Of a stretch of DNA of 64,000 nt, positions 38,640-51,810 are shown in pieces; the first letter of the stretch is position 1, and every line of letters starts with the position of its first letter. The stretch spans positions 41,623,803 to 41,687,802 of the forward strand of contig NC_057718.1 in the NCBI RefSeq assembly GCF_004010195.1, read 5' to 3'. The stretch is from Chiloscyllium plagiosum. Taxonomy: Eukaryota. Under the pieces are notes generated by a model that saw only the letters and a list, made by a program, of their open reading frames with translations, was not told the origin of the DNA and did not search any database. The translations under genes were made by a program, and so were the position numbers.

Positions 38640-39857
38640 TGTATAAATGGTGAAATATAACAATTGTTACTACAATGGATCATTCAAAATTTGAGATATG
38701 TGTTGTTTTTAAAAATGTTATTGTTTTGAAAACATGAATTTAGAATTTGTAAGTAACCAATCTATTATGTAGTTATTGCTCTTTCTGTCAATAAAATTTG
38801 ATTTGTAATGTGAACTGAGATATGGGAATGCTATACTTTAAAATTTCTGACTATCACTAGGGTCTTGCACACAGACCATAATTTGCTGATATGAGTTGGG
38901 TGTGTATAAGACTGCATTTGGTACAAGTTGAGAGTATTTTGTTTTATTCTTGGAATAGTTGGGTATTGCTGGCACAAGCAGAATTTATTGCTGATGCCTA
39001 ATTGCTTTTGTGAAGGTGGTGGCTAGCTGTCTTCTTGGACTGCTGCAATTCATGTGGTCAGGTGCAGCTACAATGTTCAGTCTATAACCCACAGAATTGT
39101 GGAGGGCATGGTACAACTCTGTATCAGCTCTATTATGTATAATAATGCTTAAATGCTAATTCACCCTTTGACGTGTTATCTTTAATTATTTCATGCATTA
39201 GGTCACATTTCAGGTCATTGAGACTTGAAGGCTAGGCATTACTGTTGGATTTTTAGGTTCGGCTGGAGAAAAGATGTCTGGAACAAACTTAAATCATAAC
39301 ACCGAAAGTATTCACTGGGGAATTTTTGAAAACTGTAGCAGGGAGAGATGCCTGATATGCCCTTCAGAGATTGCCGGAGCATTACCTTAAAAAAGCCCAG
39401 TAATATAGTCATGGAAAGTGATGGAAAATATATCACATGGTGTCAATTGTGAAAATCTGCAACATTTGTTCAGGAAGCTTCAATGACACTTATGGGGTGA
39501 ACCCTTGAGAAGATACAACTGAACCCCTAAAATAAAAGGCAATGTAATAATTATGGGCACTGTGAGGGAATGGTGAACATTGTTAGAAATTATACAGCTG
39601 TTTCCCTGATTACAAATTAATAATCGTGGAGTTTGCCAGCTACCGATACTTTATCAGAAAAGGTCTTCCCATTTCATTTAATATGTTTCAATGCGTTGAA
39701 AATCATGAACGGTGAGCCCAGAGATTAAGTGAACCAAGGATACCTGTGCATTTTCAAATTCTATAAGGTAATATTAGGCGATGATTAGATCACTATGAGA
39801 TGATAAATGCAATGTGCAAAGTACAATGAGCAGGAACCTTCTTATATTATAGATTGT

Positions 39858-41188
39858 GGCTTAAATTTTCATTTCCAAGTCATGTGAAATTTCCCAACTG
39901 TAGGAACTCAACTTGGGAGAATTTGCCCGAACTCACTGGAGTTGGACTCACTGCCTCTGGAAACAATGCAGCATCTTCACAGGGACTGCCAAACAGTGAG
40001 GCAAACTGTTTAAAAGGCTGCTTTATAAGTAAAATAATAAATATCTCTCGCTCTTACCCCTGATATTGCTCACCTCTGCCTCTGAGACCATGCCCCCCAC
40101 ACTCTCCATGCCCAATTCATGCTAACCTCTGTCCTACATGCACCCCCTCATACCCTCCATATCAACTTATGGTCCTCAGCTACACTCTGTGGCTCCTTAC
40201 AGCTGCTATACCAATTTTATGCCAACTCATGCCAACCCATGATTCTCCACCCATCCCTGTGGTTCTTTATAGTCTCTTTTCCAACTTAGTACCAACCAAT
40301 GCACCCATCCACTGCCCTTTCCACTTACACCCACCATGGCTACTCACCCAGTATCTAACCTAGGCACATCTCAGGAATCTGCTAAGATGAAATGAAGTCC
40401 TAAAAATCTATTACAAACATCATTGCATTAAAAGTACTCTCATTGATAAAAGCTAATTCAATACACTTAAAACATTCAAGTCTTTAATCCATTCTGGAAA
40501 AGTATTTACAGCATCGGATTTAAGTACATTATAACCACTTGATGTTATCAATAAACTTGTAAGATTACAGCCCCCTGCCCCCCCCACCCCCCAACTGTGA
40601 CCAAGAAATGGTGTAGAAGCAGTCAAGTAGAACCAATACTATAATTAGGCTTATGTTAACCTCGGATGCTGCCTGAACTGCTGTGCTCTTCCAGCACCAC
40701 TAATCCAAAATCTGGTTTCCAGCATCTGCAGTCATTGTTTTTACCTTATGTTAACAAACAGCTATTGAAAATGTAAGAACCTTTTTTTTTCAACTGAGAA
40801 TCACAACAGTCTTTTCCAAAATTTTGATGGAGATTGAATTGACAAATTAATTCCAAAGACCTTATCTGTCCCTAATGTACATTTATAGACACTCTTATCA
40901 ATCCCCAAAAATATACTTGACCTCTCCAAAGAACTCTGGGAAGTTTAGACCTTATTCTTGAAATTATCATGACTCTTGTTTCAGGAATTTTGATGATAGA
41001 AAAAAGCTGCTGAGTGAAGGCAACGGTACTTATGAACATGACACTGCCTCAGTGAACAGTTTATATGCAAAGTGGATGCCATACCCCATTCGTCCTCCAC
41101 CTCACAGCAAAAATGGTGGTTGTTGGCTGCAGGAACTGAATGTCCAGATTTTGTGTTCCAACCCTATTTTCCTATGAAAATTCAGGCC
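39858..41188. mobile_element. Candidate non-autonomous PIF/Harbinger-like element
   Basis: Termini ggcttaaattttcat / atgaaaattcaggcc (13/15 inverted match); C-rich low-complexity interior; contains a Penelope insert 40661-40744 flanked by cttatgttaac. Confidence 0.45.
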
Positions 41189-42434
41189 TGCCCCTGAAAG
41201 AACTTGGCTTATACTGACCTTTAAAACAAAAATTTGCAATATTTTTAGAATAATGGTAAAAGTAGATCTTTCATTCTATTTACAAAGTTTCCAAATGCAC
41301 CACTGAAGTACTTACAAAACCTGCTTCACACTGAATTGCTGTTATACTCTGCAATATCAAGGCCAGGTGTTGTGAAATGACTTACCTAATGGAGCTTCAC
41401 ACCACTTAACTTTAATATATTCTAGTGACAGAATTCAAATTGTTTTGCATTGATGCAAAAGTCAAAGTATACTGCACCCTTCAAGATTCCAATCTTAGGC
41501 TTCAGAGCATTAATGTTCTGCACAGAGGCTTTGAACAATATTACGATTTGCCAATACCAGTGATTTCAGTCTGTCTCCCATGCTAAGCATGCTGTAAAAC
41601 AGAAAGGTAGATGGATAATTTTTAGTAAAATCATCTATTGTCTAATGGTTGCTTGTAGCCTGCCTGACTGAATTTCCAAGTGAATCTTGAAATGGGCAGC
41701 CAGTACTGCTACCCCAGCAAATGTGTGCCTTAATAAAATATTTAAATCAGGATGCTGCACTGCTCTTAGGACCCCCAAAGCAATTTCACGCACCAATGGA
41801 TACCTTAATCAAATCACTGGAGGCCACTTCTAAATTCCCCAACATAACCTGTGACCTCACAAAAGTTTTCCCAACCACTGCTAGCTGCTCAGTGAATCCA
41901 GTTTCTCCCTCCCTCCCTCCCAAAGATGACCTCTCTTTCCCCTTTGAAAGTATTTTTGCCGGATGTGGCTGCATAGCAAAAGCCATCAAATTTCTATGAC
42001 CAACACACAACTACACCTTCACACTCTACACTCAGTGAGATGTACATACGCTTGATGCAAGAAATTAGAAACGGTCTCTTTTCAGCCCTAGTTTATATTG
42101 TTGAGGACAACATTCACCAAGTAAAGAGAACAACTGCAGGTATGATCACTTACTTTATTTTCCAATACTGGATAATTGGCATCATTGATGCTTTAAAATC
42201 TGTGAAATAAATCATTTTCAGGAGGTTGATATAGTAAAGTACAGACTTAAAAATGGAAATCAGAGTTTCATTATTTTGTGAATATAAAAATTAATAATGT
42301 TTTAATGTGATTTCTCAATGACATTCCAAGATACTAAATCCATGTTAAGTGGTTCTTCAAGACTTTTCCCTTCACTCTACGCTACAGTGAAAGGTAAAGG
42401 GTTATGTTTTTGGTGGAAATATTTGTTTATAAAT

Positions 42435-42715
42435 AAGAACATAAGATCATAAGATGTAGGAACAGCCCATTGAATCTGCTTTGCCATTCAATGTGATTAT
42501 GGATAATCTGATAATCCTTAATTTCATTTTCCTGCCTTTCCCCATTACCCTTGATTCCCTTACTGATTAAAGTCTGTCTATCTCAGGCTTGAATATACTT
42601 AATAACCCACTTAATAAAGCCCTCTATAATAAGGAATTTCACAGATTCACTACTCTCTGAGAGAAGAAATTCTGCCTCATCTCTGAACCAATTGGGTGAC
42701 TCCTTACTCTGGGAT
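42435..42715 (-). mobile_element. Old CR1 3' end
   Basis: aagaacataagatcataaga tail; acagattcactactctctgagagaagaaattc. Confidence 0.7.
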
Positions 42716-43619
42716 GTTGTCAATTTTTTTTAAAATGTTGAAAACCGATATAATTTGGATTTTGCTATCAAATGTTTATCAAATGATCCATCAATTGAGT
42801 AAAGAATTAAGTGGACAATTTAAATAAAACATTCATAGTTTGTTGAAAGTGAGGAGTTGATTGTTTAGACTTATCTTAAAGTCTTTGGAATTAATGATGA
42901 TTTTTCATTTGGAATGGCCCTCTTCCTGGACTGGAATCAGGCATGCCCCTTGACTGACGAAAGTGGTAGCCCCTGACAGTTTGTAGATCCCACAAAGGAC
43001 TGGCCCCCTTTGACTTTTGGACATGGCCAATTACTTGTCGCACATGCAGCATGTTTGCCACGTAAGCTGCTGGCACATGGTGTAGGCGTGACATTGATGT
43101 AACATGCTGCCATACAGCAACAAATCTACCCTTCCATTGTTCAGTGCTCTGAACTATGACAAACCACCTGCCTCTCTGTCAGCACTAAAATGTAATGCAA
43201 GCCACAATGGCAGCCTCTGAAGTAAGCACAGCATGTGACAACTCAAAGGAATTAAGCTAAGAGCTAAATTCTACATCCAATGTAGATGTGTGAGATTTTG
43301 TGTATCCCCATTAGCAAAGCAACCCCGCAGAAGTGTCCAAATCATAGGTGTCCTTAAGCACCTTCAGAGTGAGGTATTGAAGGGTTGAAGTGGTGCAATT
43401 TGGTCAAAGAGCAGGCATAATGATGTGGCGAGGCAGCTGCTTTGCTGATGCTGGCTTGTATGGATGAAGGATGGAAGAAGATAATGTTAATGGAACATGT
43501 AGGGATGATGTAATGAAGCCAAAGTTTGATGAAGTCATGGAGAAGCAAGAGGTGAGCTCTGATGTCAGGTAACAACTCTGACTTTCATGTTGAGAATTGT
43601 TGTTAACTAGTCTTTTATT

Positions 43620-44400
43620 ATTCACTCCAAGAATGTGGGCGTCATTGGCTGGACTATCATTTATGGCTCATTCCTACCTGTCCTTGAGAACGTGGTGATG
43701 AGCTTCCCTCTTGAACTGCTGCAGTCCATATGCAGTAGGTAGACCCACAATGCCATTCGGAAGGGAATACCAGGGTGTTGACCCAGCAATAGTGAAGAAA
43801 TGGTGATATATTTCTGAGTCATAATGGTGAGTGGCTTAGAGGGCACTTGCAAGTGGTGCTGTTCCCATGTATTTGTTGCCCTTGTCCTTCTAGATGGAAG
43901 TATCATGGGTTTGGAAAATGGTGGCTCAAGAGGCATGGTGAATTTCCGCAATGCATTTATAGATTGTATACACCACTGTCACTGAGCGTTGATGGTGAAG
44001 GATGTGAATGTTTATGGATGAAGTGCCAATAAAGTGGGCTGCTTTGTCCTGGATAGTGTTGAGTTTCTTGAGTATTGTTTGAGTACCCAGCCAGGCAAAT
44101 GGAGAATATTCGATCTCACGCCTGATTTGTGTATTTTAGATAGTGGATAGGATTTGGGGAGCCAGGAGGTGCGTTACCCACTGCTGGATTCCACGTCTTT
44201 GATCTGCTCTTATATGCATAGTATTTATATTGTTAGTCCAGTTCAGTCTCTGGTCAATGGTAACCCCAGGATATGGATAATGGGGGATTCAGTGATGTTT
44301 ATGCCATTCAAAGTCAAGATGTGGTGATGAGATTCTCATTTGTAGGGGATAGTTATTTCTTGGCACTTGTGCGGCATGAATGTTAGTTGCCAATTGCCAG
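43620..44400 (-). mobile_element. CR1/L2-group LINE 3' part
   Basis: Reverse complement homology to 18660-19390. Confidence 0.8.
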
Positions 44401-44705
44401 ACCAATTCAGGGAACGAATGGACAATTAGAAGCTCCAGAGAAATTAGGTGAGTTTAGCTGATGATTTGATGCAAGTACAAGAAAGTAAGGTAGTTGCTTA
44501 TCAGTGAGATTCTGAGTTCACCATTAAAACTTTAATTGGGAATTTTTTTCTCAAGGTTGAGGTTCTGATTTTTTAATTTTCTCATATTTTACCATATTCT
44601 TGCCATTGCTCAACCACACAAGTGAGCAGAAAATTGTACTCAAAGGATACGGAAGTACTATGTGACTGTAGAACTGGAGGACACGATTGCAAAATAATGA
44701 AATGT

Positions 44706-45022
44706 GGGCGGCACGGTGGCACAGTGGTTAGCACTGCTGCCTCACAGCGCCTGAGACCCGGGTTCAATTCCTGCCTCAGGCGACTGACTGTGTGGAGTTT
44801 GCATGTTCTCCCCGTGTCTGCGTAGGTTTCCTCCGGGTGCTCCGGTTTCCTCCCACAGTCCAAAGATGTGCAGGTCAGGTGAATTGGCCATGCTAAATTG
44901 CCCGTAGTGTTAGGTAAGGGGTAAATGTAGGGGCATGGGTGGGTTGCGCTTCGGCGGGTCGGTGTGGACTTGTTGGGCCGAAGGGCCTGTTTCCACGCTG
45001 TAATGTAATGTAATGTAATGTA
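44706..45022 (+). mobile_element. Full-length young HE1-type V-SINE
   Basis: A box tggcacagtgg 44717-44727, B box ggttcaattcc 44761-44771, V-domain gtggagtttgcatgttctccccgtgtctgcgt, CR1-like 3' end gggccgaagggcctgtttcc, (taatg)n tail; CpGs retained. Confidence 0.92.
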
Positions 45023-47523
45023 AAAAATGTAATGAAACTCAGGAATGAAAGAATAATTTTTACTCAGATGAGTTAATTTGTCATCTGAAGTAGTAGCAGA
45101 ATGGCACTAGCTATTCTGGGACCATCTGCAGTATGTAGCCGCTGCCAAAGGATAGTGTGGATACACTGAAGTAGATTAATACCTCAGAATGTTCCTCAAT
45201 TTCCCATTTAGAGAATATAGAGAGCTTAATTTGATGATTTGAAGGGGTCGGGCTCAAGTTGGGAAATTGGGCTCTAGTTTGAATTCATTTTCGAGAAAAT
45301 TGTTTATAGTTAGCAAAGTAAAAATGCCTGATATGCTCCATGGACTTTCCTTATTCCATCCTGTCTAATATTTCTATCAAGCAACAAAAAAGGATTCTGA
45401 ATGATTCAACCTATCCCCTCACACTATGTCCAATTTCTAGTTATTTGAAAATAGATAATAATAGCTGGAATTGGTTCACTTCCTACTTGGCTTGTAGTGT
45501 TCCCCAAGAGTGAAAAAAACATTGTTGATTTTTCGTTAATATGTTCTGTGTCTAAAATTCATTTATATCATGTTGTTGTTAGTCAGGTTTACTGTTTGGA
45601 TTGAAATTTTAAATTTATTATTATGCATTTATTTTTAAAAAATCAATTTTCATGTTGAGTTTATGAAAATGATAATAAAATAATATGTGGTGACATTGTT
45701 CAATTATTAATTAAAACTTCCATATAAACTGGGAAATATCTTCTGGTTCATGACCTGAAGTTGTGAAACTTGATAGACATTCATAACATAAAATCATTGC
45801 TCATTTGGCAGGATCAACTCAAGAAATATTATTTGGGGCTATTCTGAATTAAGGCTTTCCAAATCATTCCCACAATGTTGTTTAATCCGGATCAGACCTT
45901 AATTGAGCTTGTATGCAAATGAAAAGGCTCTTTTCATATTCGCATTTATACTATGATATAAATTGACCCTTACAAGGGTTTGTAATTGGATTACAACATC
46001 AAAGACACTCCTTAACTCTGCAGAACATGCACTATTTGCCCATTTGCAGACCCCAGCAAATGTGGTCTTTAGGAAAATCATGACCCATAGATTGAGCAAT
46101 TACTTTTGTAAACTCTATCTGTGAGGTATGAGTAATTGCAGAATGTTTAGCACGATTCAGACTTGTGATAAGAAGAGAGTTAAATAATTGCCCTGTGTGA
46201 CTTGTGATTGTTAACCTCCGAGGTCAACTAGTTTGAACATAGGTTTAATGAAATCCTGGAGCTAGGATTTATGATACTGCCAGTGAATGTTAAATTGGAC
46301 AATTTACATAAGGAGGACATTAACCTTCTGTGATCTAAATAGCATTTCAGAACCTAGCCGCTAGGGACAAAATAACACATACCATTATTTCTGATTAGCC
46401 TAGCTACCCTGCCTAAAGCCCTCGTGATGACCAATTGGTGCACTAAGTTTAGTGGCATAATTAAATAAATGTACTTGTAAGAAGTAAATTACTATCAGTG
46501 TATGCACTATATCATTAAATTCCTGAGGACTGAAAGATATGAATAATTTAAAAACACATTACTAATTTACCAAGATGAAGCAATTGTATGCCACTTCCAT
46601 GCAGATCTGACCTATAAAATATTGTTTTATGGACTTGCGTGTTATGTGTATGTAGAAGATCCTTGATTTATAGAATAACATATTTCTTTTATTCAGGTTG
46701 TCAAAATTGCAGGGCAGTAAAATAAGATGTTGAACAGTAGAAAATATGTCCTGATCTCTTAAGTTGCAGCATTGGCTGAGATACTTTTTGTTAAACATTT
46801 GTGTGGAATGAAATGCATCGAGGGTAAGTCATGGCCTACTGTAAAATATTATATCTCTTTAAAATTTATTTTCACAGGTCAACCTCATAAGTGGAAGTAT
46901 AAATCATATTGCATAGATGGCCTAAAAACTGTGTTATTTATCACAGAGCTTTCTTTGTGATAATTATTTTTAAAAACTTTTTTTTTAAAAATTCATTTAC
47001 ATGAGAGGATGAGGTGATATCTAATAATTTCATGATGTCTTTATAGCAGGATTGATTTTATTTGCATAATCAGCATTCTACAGTGGTAGTGGGAGGTTTG
47101 TCTTTAGTTTGTATGACTGTTCATATCAGTTTCAATCCTGTACTGATGCCCTATAACTGAGGTATTTGCCTCAAACAACCATGAACTAATTTCTTGCATG
47201 CCATCATTGACCTCATCCACTGGAGAATTTTCCCATTGCTTCCCATTGACCTCATTTTTTTCTTGATCCTTTTTATGCCAGAACTAAATGAAGCTAGACT
47301 TAATGTCAAAGGTAGCTACTTCAATACTCCTCTGGCATTGATTTCTTTGCTGAATTGAGGCTGTGATTAGGCCTGAAACTAAGTAGTCATGGCAGTGTAT
47401 TAGAAATGGTTAATTGGTGCTTCTTGATAGCACAATTAATGACTCCTTCTGTCACTTTGCAGATCATTGAGAGAGTTAATATAGCGAACATTAGATGAAG
47501 AATCATCTAGACTTGAAACATTA

Positions 47524-47839
47524 CATTAGATTAGGCTCCCTCCAGTATGGAAACAGGCCCTTCAGCCCAACTAGATCACACCAACCCTCGAAAGAGTAAC
47601 CCACCCCAGACCCATTCACCCTAACTAATGCACCTAACTCTACAGGCAATTTAGCACAACCAATTCACCTGACCTGCACAACTTTAGACAGTGGGAGGAA
47701 ACCGGAGCACCCGAAGGAAACCCACGCAAACACAGGGAGAATGTGCAAATTCCACACAGAGATTCCAGAGGCTGGAATCGAACCTGGGACTCTGGTGCTG
47801 TGAGGCAGCAGTGCTAACCACTGAGCCACCATGCCACCC
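47524..47839 (-). mobile_element. HE1-type V-SINE inserted in a Penelope terminal remnant (~47490-47935)
   Basis: Reverse complement of 44706 family; flanks rejoin as gacttgaaacattagcttgctctctctcc. Confidence 0.88.
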
Positions 47840-48699
47840 TATTAGCTTGCTCTCTCTCCATGGATATTGCCTGACCTGTTGTGATTTCTATTATTTTTTG
47901 ATTTCCGTACAGATTCCAGCATCTGCAGTAATTTGCTCCAACATTAGATCTTTCTTGTTTGCTTGAAAATATCACAACAGGGCAGCTTTCCACATTGATC
48001 TGCAAATGATAGTGCTTTAGATGCACTCAAACAGCTCAAACAGCTCAAATGTAATAAGGATTGAGAGTGAAACACCTAGTATACAAGTATTTGACATTAT
48101 AGACAAGGTAATGTCAAAACGCCTCACCAAGTGGGTGTGTACTGTGGCCAGTTTCTTTTTTAGTATCTCATGGAATGAACGAAACAAGCTGAACATTAGC
48201 ATCAGTGAATGAAGTTGAATCATCCATACAATATTTTTTGCTGCAGATGCTTCAACCTTATCTTGTGTTATGCTCTGTCAAGTGTTGTAATTTTGAATGG
48301 GGATCTTAATAGAAGTTCCTCATCTCATTAGCAGCCTAAATGACCAATACCATTCCAATTGGAAATGGTAGGGATAGAGTATTGAAATACCTATACTGGA
48401 AATGAATTACTTTTTGACCTTTTATTATGACAAAAGATAATTCTCTGATACAACCTATTCCTTTTGGCAACTTGGGTTTGTCCATATAATCTATCCAGGT
48501 ACTCATGTACTTTGAGTACCTTGTGTAAAATAGCATCATAATCAACTCTTAAAGGTGGTGTGAGGATTTGTGAGGATCTAGGAATGTACTCATAACTTTC
48601 ATAAAACTATCCAGTGTGATACCAAAGCTTTTAAAGTATATTTTACATTTTTAAACATTCTTTTGATTTTTTTTTTAAACAGATAGGCTAAGTTATGCT

Positions 48700-49380
48700 T
48701 TCTGCCAACACCAACTATTGTCTACCATTCACACTACAGAAGGGAATGTGAACTATTAACATTGTGAGGATTATCATTGACTAAAAACTGAACTGGATTA
48801 GCAATATAAATGCAGTGGCTATGAAAGCAGTTCAGAGGTTATGAATCATTTGGCAAATAACTCACCTCCTGACTTGCCAACAGCATCCAGGTACATATCA
48901 GGAATGTGATGGAAAACTCTTCACATGCCTGTATGAATGCAGCTCCAATAATACTCAAGAAGCCTTACATCGTCCAGGGTAAAGCAACTGCCTCTTTGGC
49001 ACCACATCCACAAACATTCATTCCCCCTTCTACTGACACTAAGTGGCAGCAGTGTGTACTATCTACACTGCAGAAATTCATAGAGGGTCCTTTGACAGCA
49101 CCTTCTAAACTCACAACCACAACACTCTAAACCACAAAGGCAGCAAATTTGTGGGAACACCAGCAAAGTTCCCCTCAAATTCATTCACCATACTAACTTA
49201 GAAACACATTGCCATTCCTTTATTGTCTGGCATTCTGACACCACTGTGGGTGTAGCTACATCTCAAGGACTGCAGCAGTTCAAGAAGGCAGCTGACCACC
49301 AGCTTCTCCAAGGCAGTTAGGGATGGGCTATAAATGCTAGCCTTGCCAGCAGAACCAAACTCTATTGAATGAATAAAAAA
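48700..49380 (+). mobile_element. CR1/L2-group LINE 3' part
   Basis: Homologous to 18700-19390. Confidence 0.75.
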
Positions 49381-49994
49381 AAGCACTGACCAGTGTCTTG
49401 GTCATGAATGCTGAAATGATGGCCAGCAACTTCTCCTCCAGAGAATGAGAATGTGCTGTCAGATCTGTCCCTGCTGGAAAGCTGTTTTGGTCTCTGTGTG
49501 CACACTATCTTGTTTTACAATGTGCCAGTGATTGTCACAATGTTTTTGGGTGATAGCGTTAACATGGCTGAAGATCTGTCAGTGTGTGTGAGCTGTGAGG
49601 TAAGTGTGTAGGTACTATCATGACAGCGTGTGAGGGTGAAATACAATCACGTAAACCAGGAGCCATGACTGTTGGTAAAAAGTGTTGATAGATGAAACAA
49701 AAACAAAAATGCTGAAAATACTCAGCTTGTCTGGTAGAACCTTCCCCTGCAGTTCAATTATTGGCCAATAACAGCCAATAATTGAACTGCAAGGCTTGTA
49801 CAGCTGTATAGCCTTCCAGCGGGTGTGGAGATTGCAACATTGATGACCCTAACTCTCATTTGCCTTTATAAAAATATGTTTTGCAGACATCTGAAAACAT
49901 GTACATTGTGAGGTTGTGCCAAGCTCTCCTACTTCCCTCAGTAGCAGCCACTCTGATCCCTGTGGAAGCAACCTGTTGGCTGTCTATCAGTACA

Positions 49995-50120
49995 GGAGAA
50001 AGTGAGGGCTGCAGATGCTGGAGATCAGAGCTGAAAATGTGTTGCTGGAAAAGTGCAGCAGGTCAGGCAGCATCCAAGGAACACGAGAATCGACGTTTTG
50101 GGCATAAGCCCTTCTTCGGG
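49995..50120 (-). mobile_element. Short Penelope pLTR insert
   Basis: Near-identical to 30291-30392 plus the gggcataagccc stem; acagg on both flanks. Confidence 0.85.
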
Positions 50121-51367
50121 ACAGGCAATCTCATTGAACTTCTTGTGTTTAAATTGTGTCTGACCTGCCACCTTTAATTGGTCAGCAAAGGCAGAGATAA
50201 TAAAAAGAGGCAGAGACAGACAGCTTGGAGACAGCCTTACCTAAAGTTGTACCAGTGGGTGTGCTGAAGCTTTGTGCAGGTTCAGGATCTGCATATAGTC
50301 ATGGAATTAGGGTCCTTACATGCATGGAAATATTCCGCTCAAATTCTTCAAGTTCTCAAAGTACATTCCATATCTTTCTACTGCATTTCATTGAATTTTT
50401 TCTGACTTTTTTGCTTATTGATATGAGAAATGTAAGTGTTGAGGTTGTAGACATTTTGATCTACTACTGGACAAGTGCCTGATGCAGGATATATTTCAAT
50501 TTAATTAGTATTGTAGTAATGTCATGTCCACACCCAGATCATTGACTATTAATAACACTTATTGACTACAATATTATCTGCATGAAAAGGCAAGGCATAC
50601 TTAGGACCCAGTTCCATGTGTTCTACCATCACTGATAATATGATCTACTAATTAATATAATTTGACAGTCCCTCGTACCACAAATCCCATCACATCTTTT
50701 ACTCTACTGCTTCTAACCATTAACATTTAAACATTAACATTTTAATTTTATTTCTATTCTTTCAACCCCCATCAAATTCCCTTCCATACAAGGCTTCAAT
50801 TTTTAACAATATTCTCAGCCCTTCTTGAGAACTGTTGTGACAAATATATTCTCACATTGTTGTCCTTGGAGAAACAGTGGAAGACTAAGATTCCGGCCTC
50901 TGACAACAGCTGCTATGTAAACTGTGGGACTGACAATCATCTGAATCCAGTGCAAATCTTCCAGCTCTGCTGGGAAAGTTTATTGCTGTACAGTTTAGTA
51001 CTTTATTGAAGACCAAAGAAAGACTCAAAGCCTCTCACACTTCAACTGGAAAATATTCCTCAGTGTTGGACACGGTTTCTAGGAAACTAGGGAAATGCAT
51101 CGTATCATCACAAACAATTGGAGACTATGGAAGATCTGAAGAAATTGCACATGGGGAGATTCCTTCACATATATCTAATGAAAGTAGAGCTTCTGGGATT
51201 CTATCACCAGCAGCCTGATCCTTAGGAAGCCTTTTATAAAGCTTTTCCATCTGAAGACTTGATGGAAGATTGGACCATGGCAAAATAAATTCTTTATCTC
51301 ATCTGCGAGTTTAGACTGGGTCAGCATTAAGGAATAAATTCTGCATTTTCCTTAACAATTTTTTTCC

Positions 51368-51501
51368 CCAGGAACTGCCCTCCAGATGGTGATGGTCATC
51401 CCTAGCAACAACCCAGGAACAGCCCCTCAGACAGTGATGGTCACCCCTAGCAACAAGCCAGGAACTGTCCTTTAAATGTGATGGCCATCCCTAGCATTAA
51501 C
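51368..51501. repeat. 45-bp tandem repeat, 3 units
   Basis: Units start 51368, 51413, 51458: ccaggaac.......gtgatgg.ca.ccctagca. Confidence 0.85.
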
Positions 51502-51559
51502 TCCAAAGAAGGTCAAGCTAGTCCTGCGGTTCACGGACATGACCCTGCAGATGTCACTG

Positions 51560-51810
51560 GATGTGCCCTCTGAGAGGAAGTCAGTCCTCTTTGCAGCAAA
51601 TCACATCAGGAGTCCAGACTAAAAGCAATGCCGTGTTCATGTGTTCATTTGACATTGATAACCTATTCATCAAAGTCCTACACAAGAAAGCCATAGATAC
51701 CAGCACTGCAGCACCATATCATGGTAATCTAGACCTACCGTCAAAGCATGACTCAGTATTCAATGAACTTATAAACACAGCAATTCACGTGGTTAAATTC
51801 AGTTTTCCAC
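51560..51810 (+). mobile_element. Penelope-like RT fragment
   Basis: FMCSFDIDNLFIKV...AID...VFNELINTA..VKFSF matches the PLE SFD..SLFTNVP motif region. Confidence 0.7.

Noticed and set aside
43100..43570. Harbinger transposase remnant (QIIGVLKH, acidic tail)
   Set aside because: Match too short and degenerate to support without a search.
44706..44780. tRNA gene
   Set aside because: The A and B boxes belong to a SINE head followed by a V-domain and LINE-derived tail; four copies are in the window.
51368..51501. CRISPR-like array
   Set aside because: Contiguous diverged tandem units without unique spacers, eukaryotic context, no cas genes.
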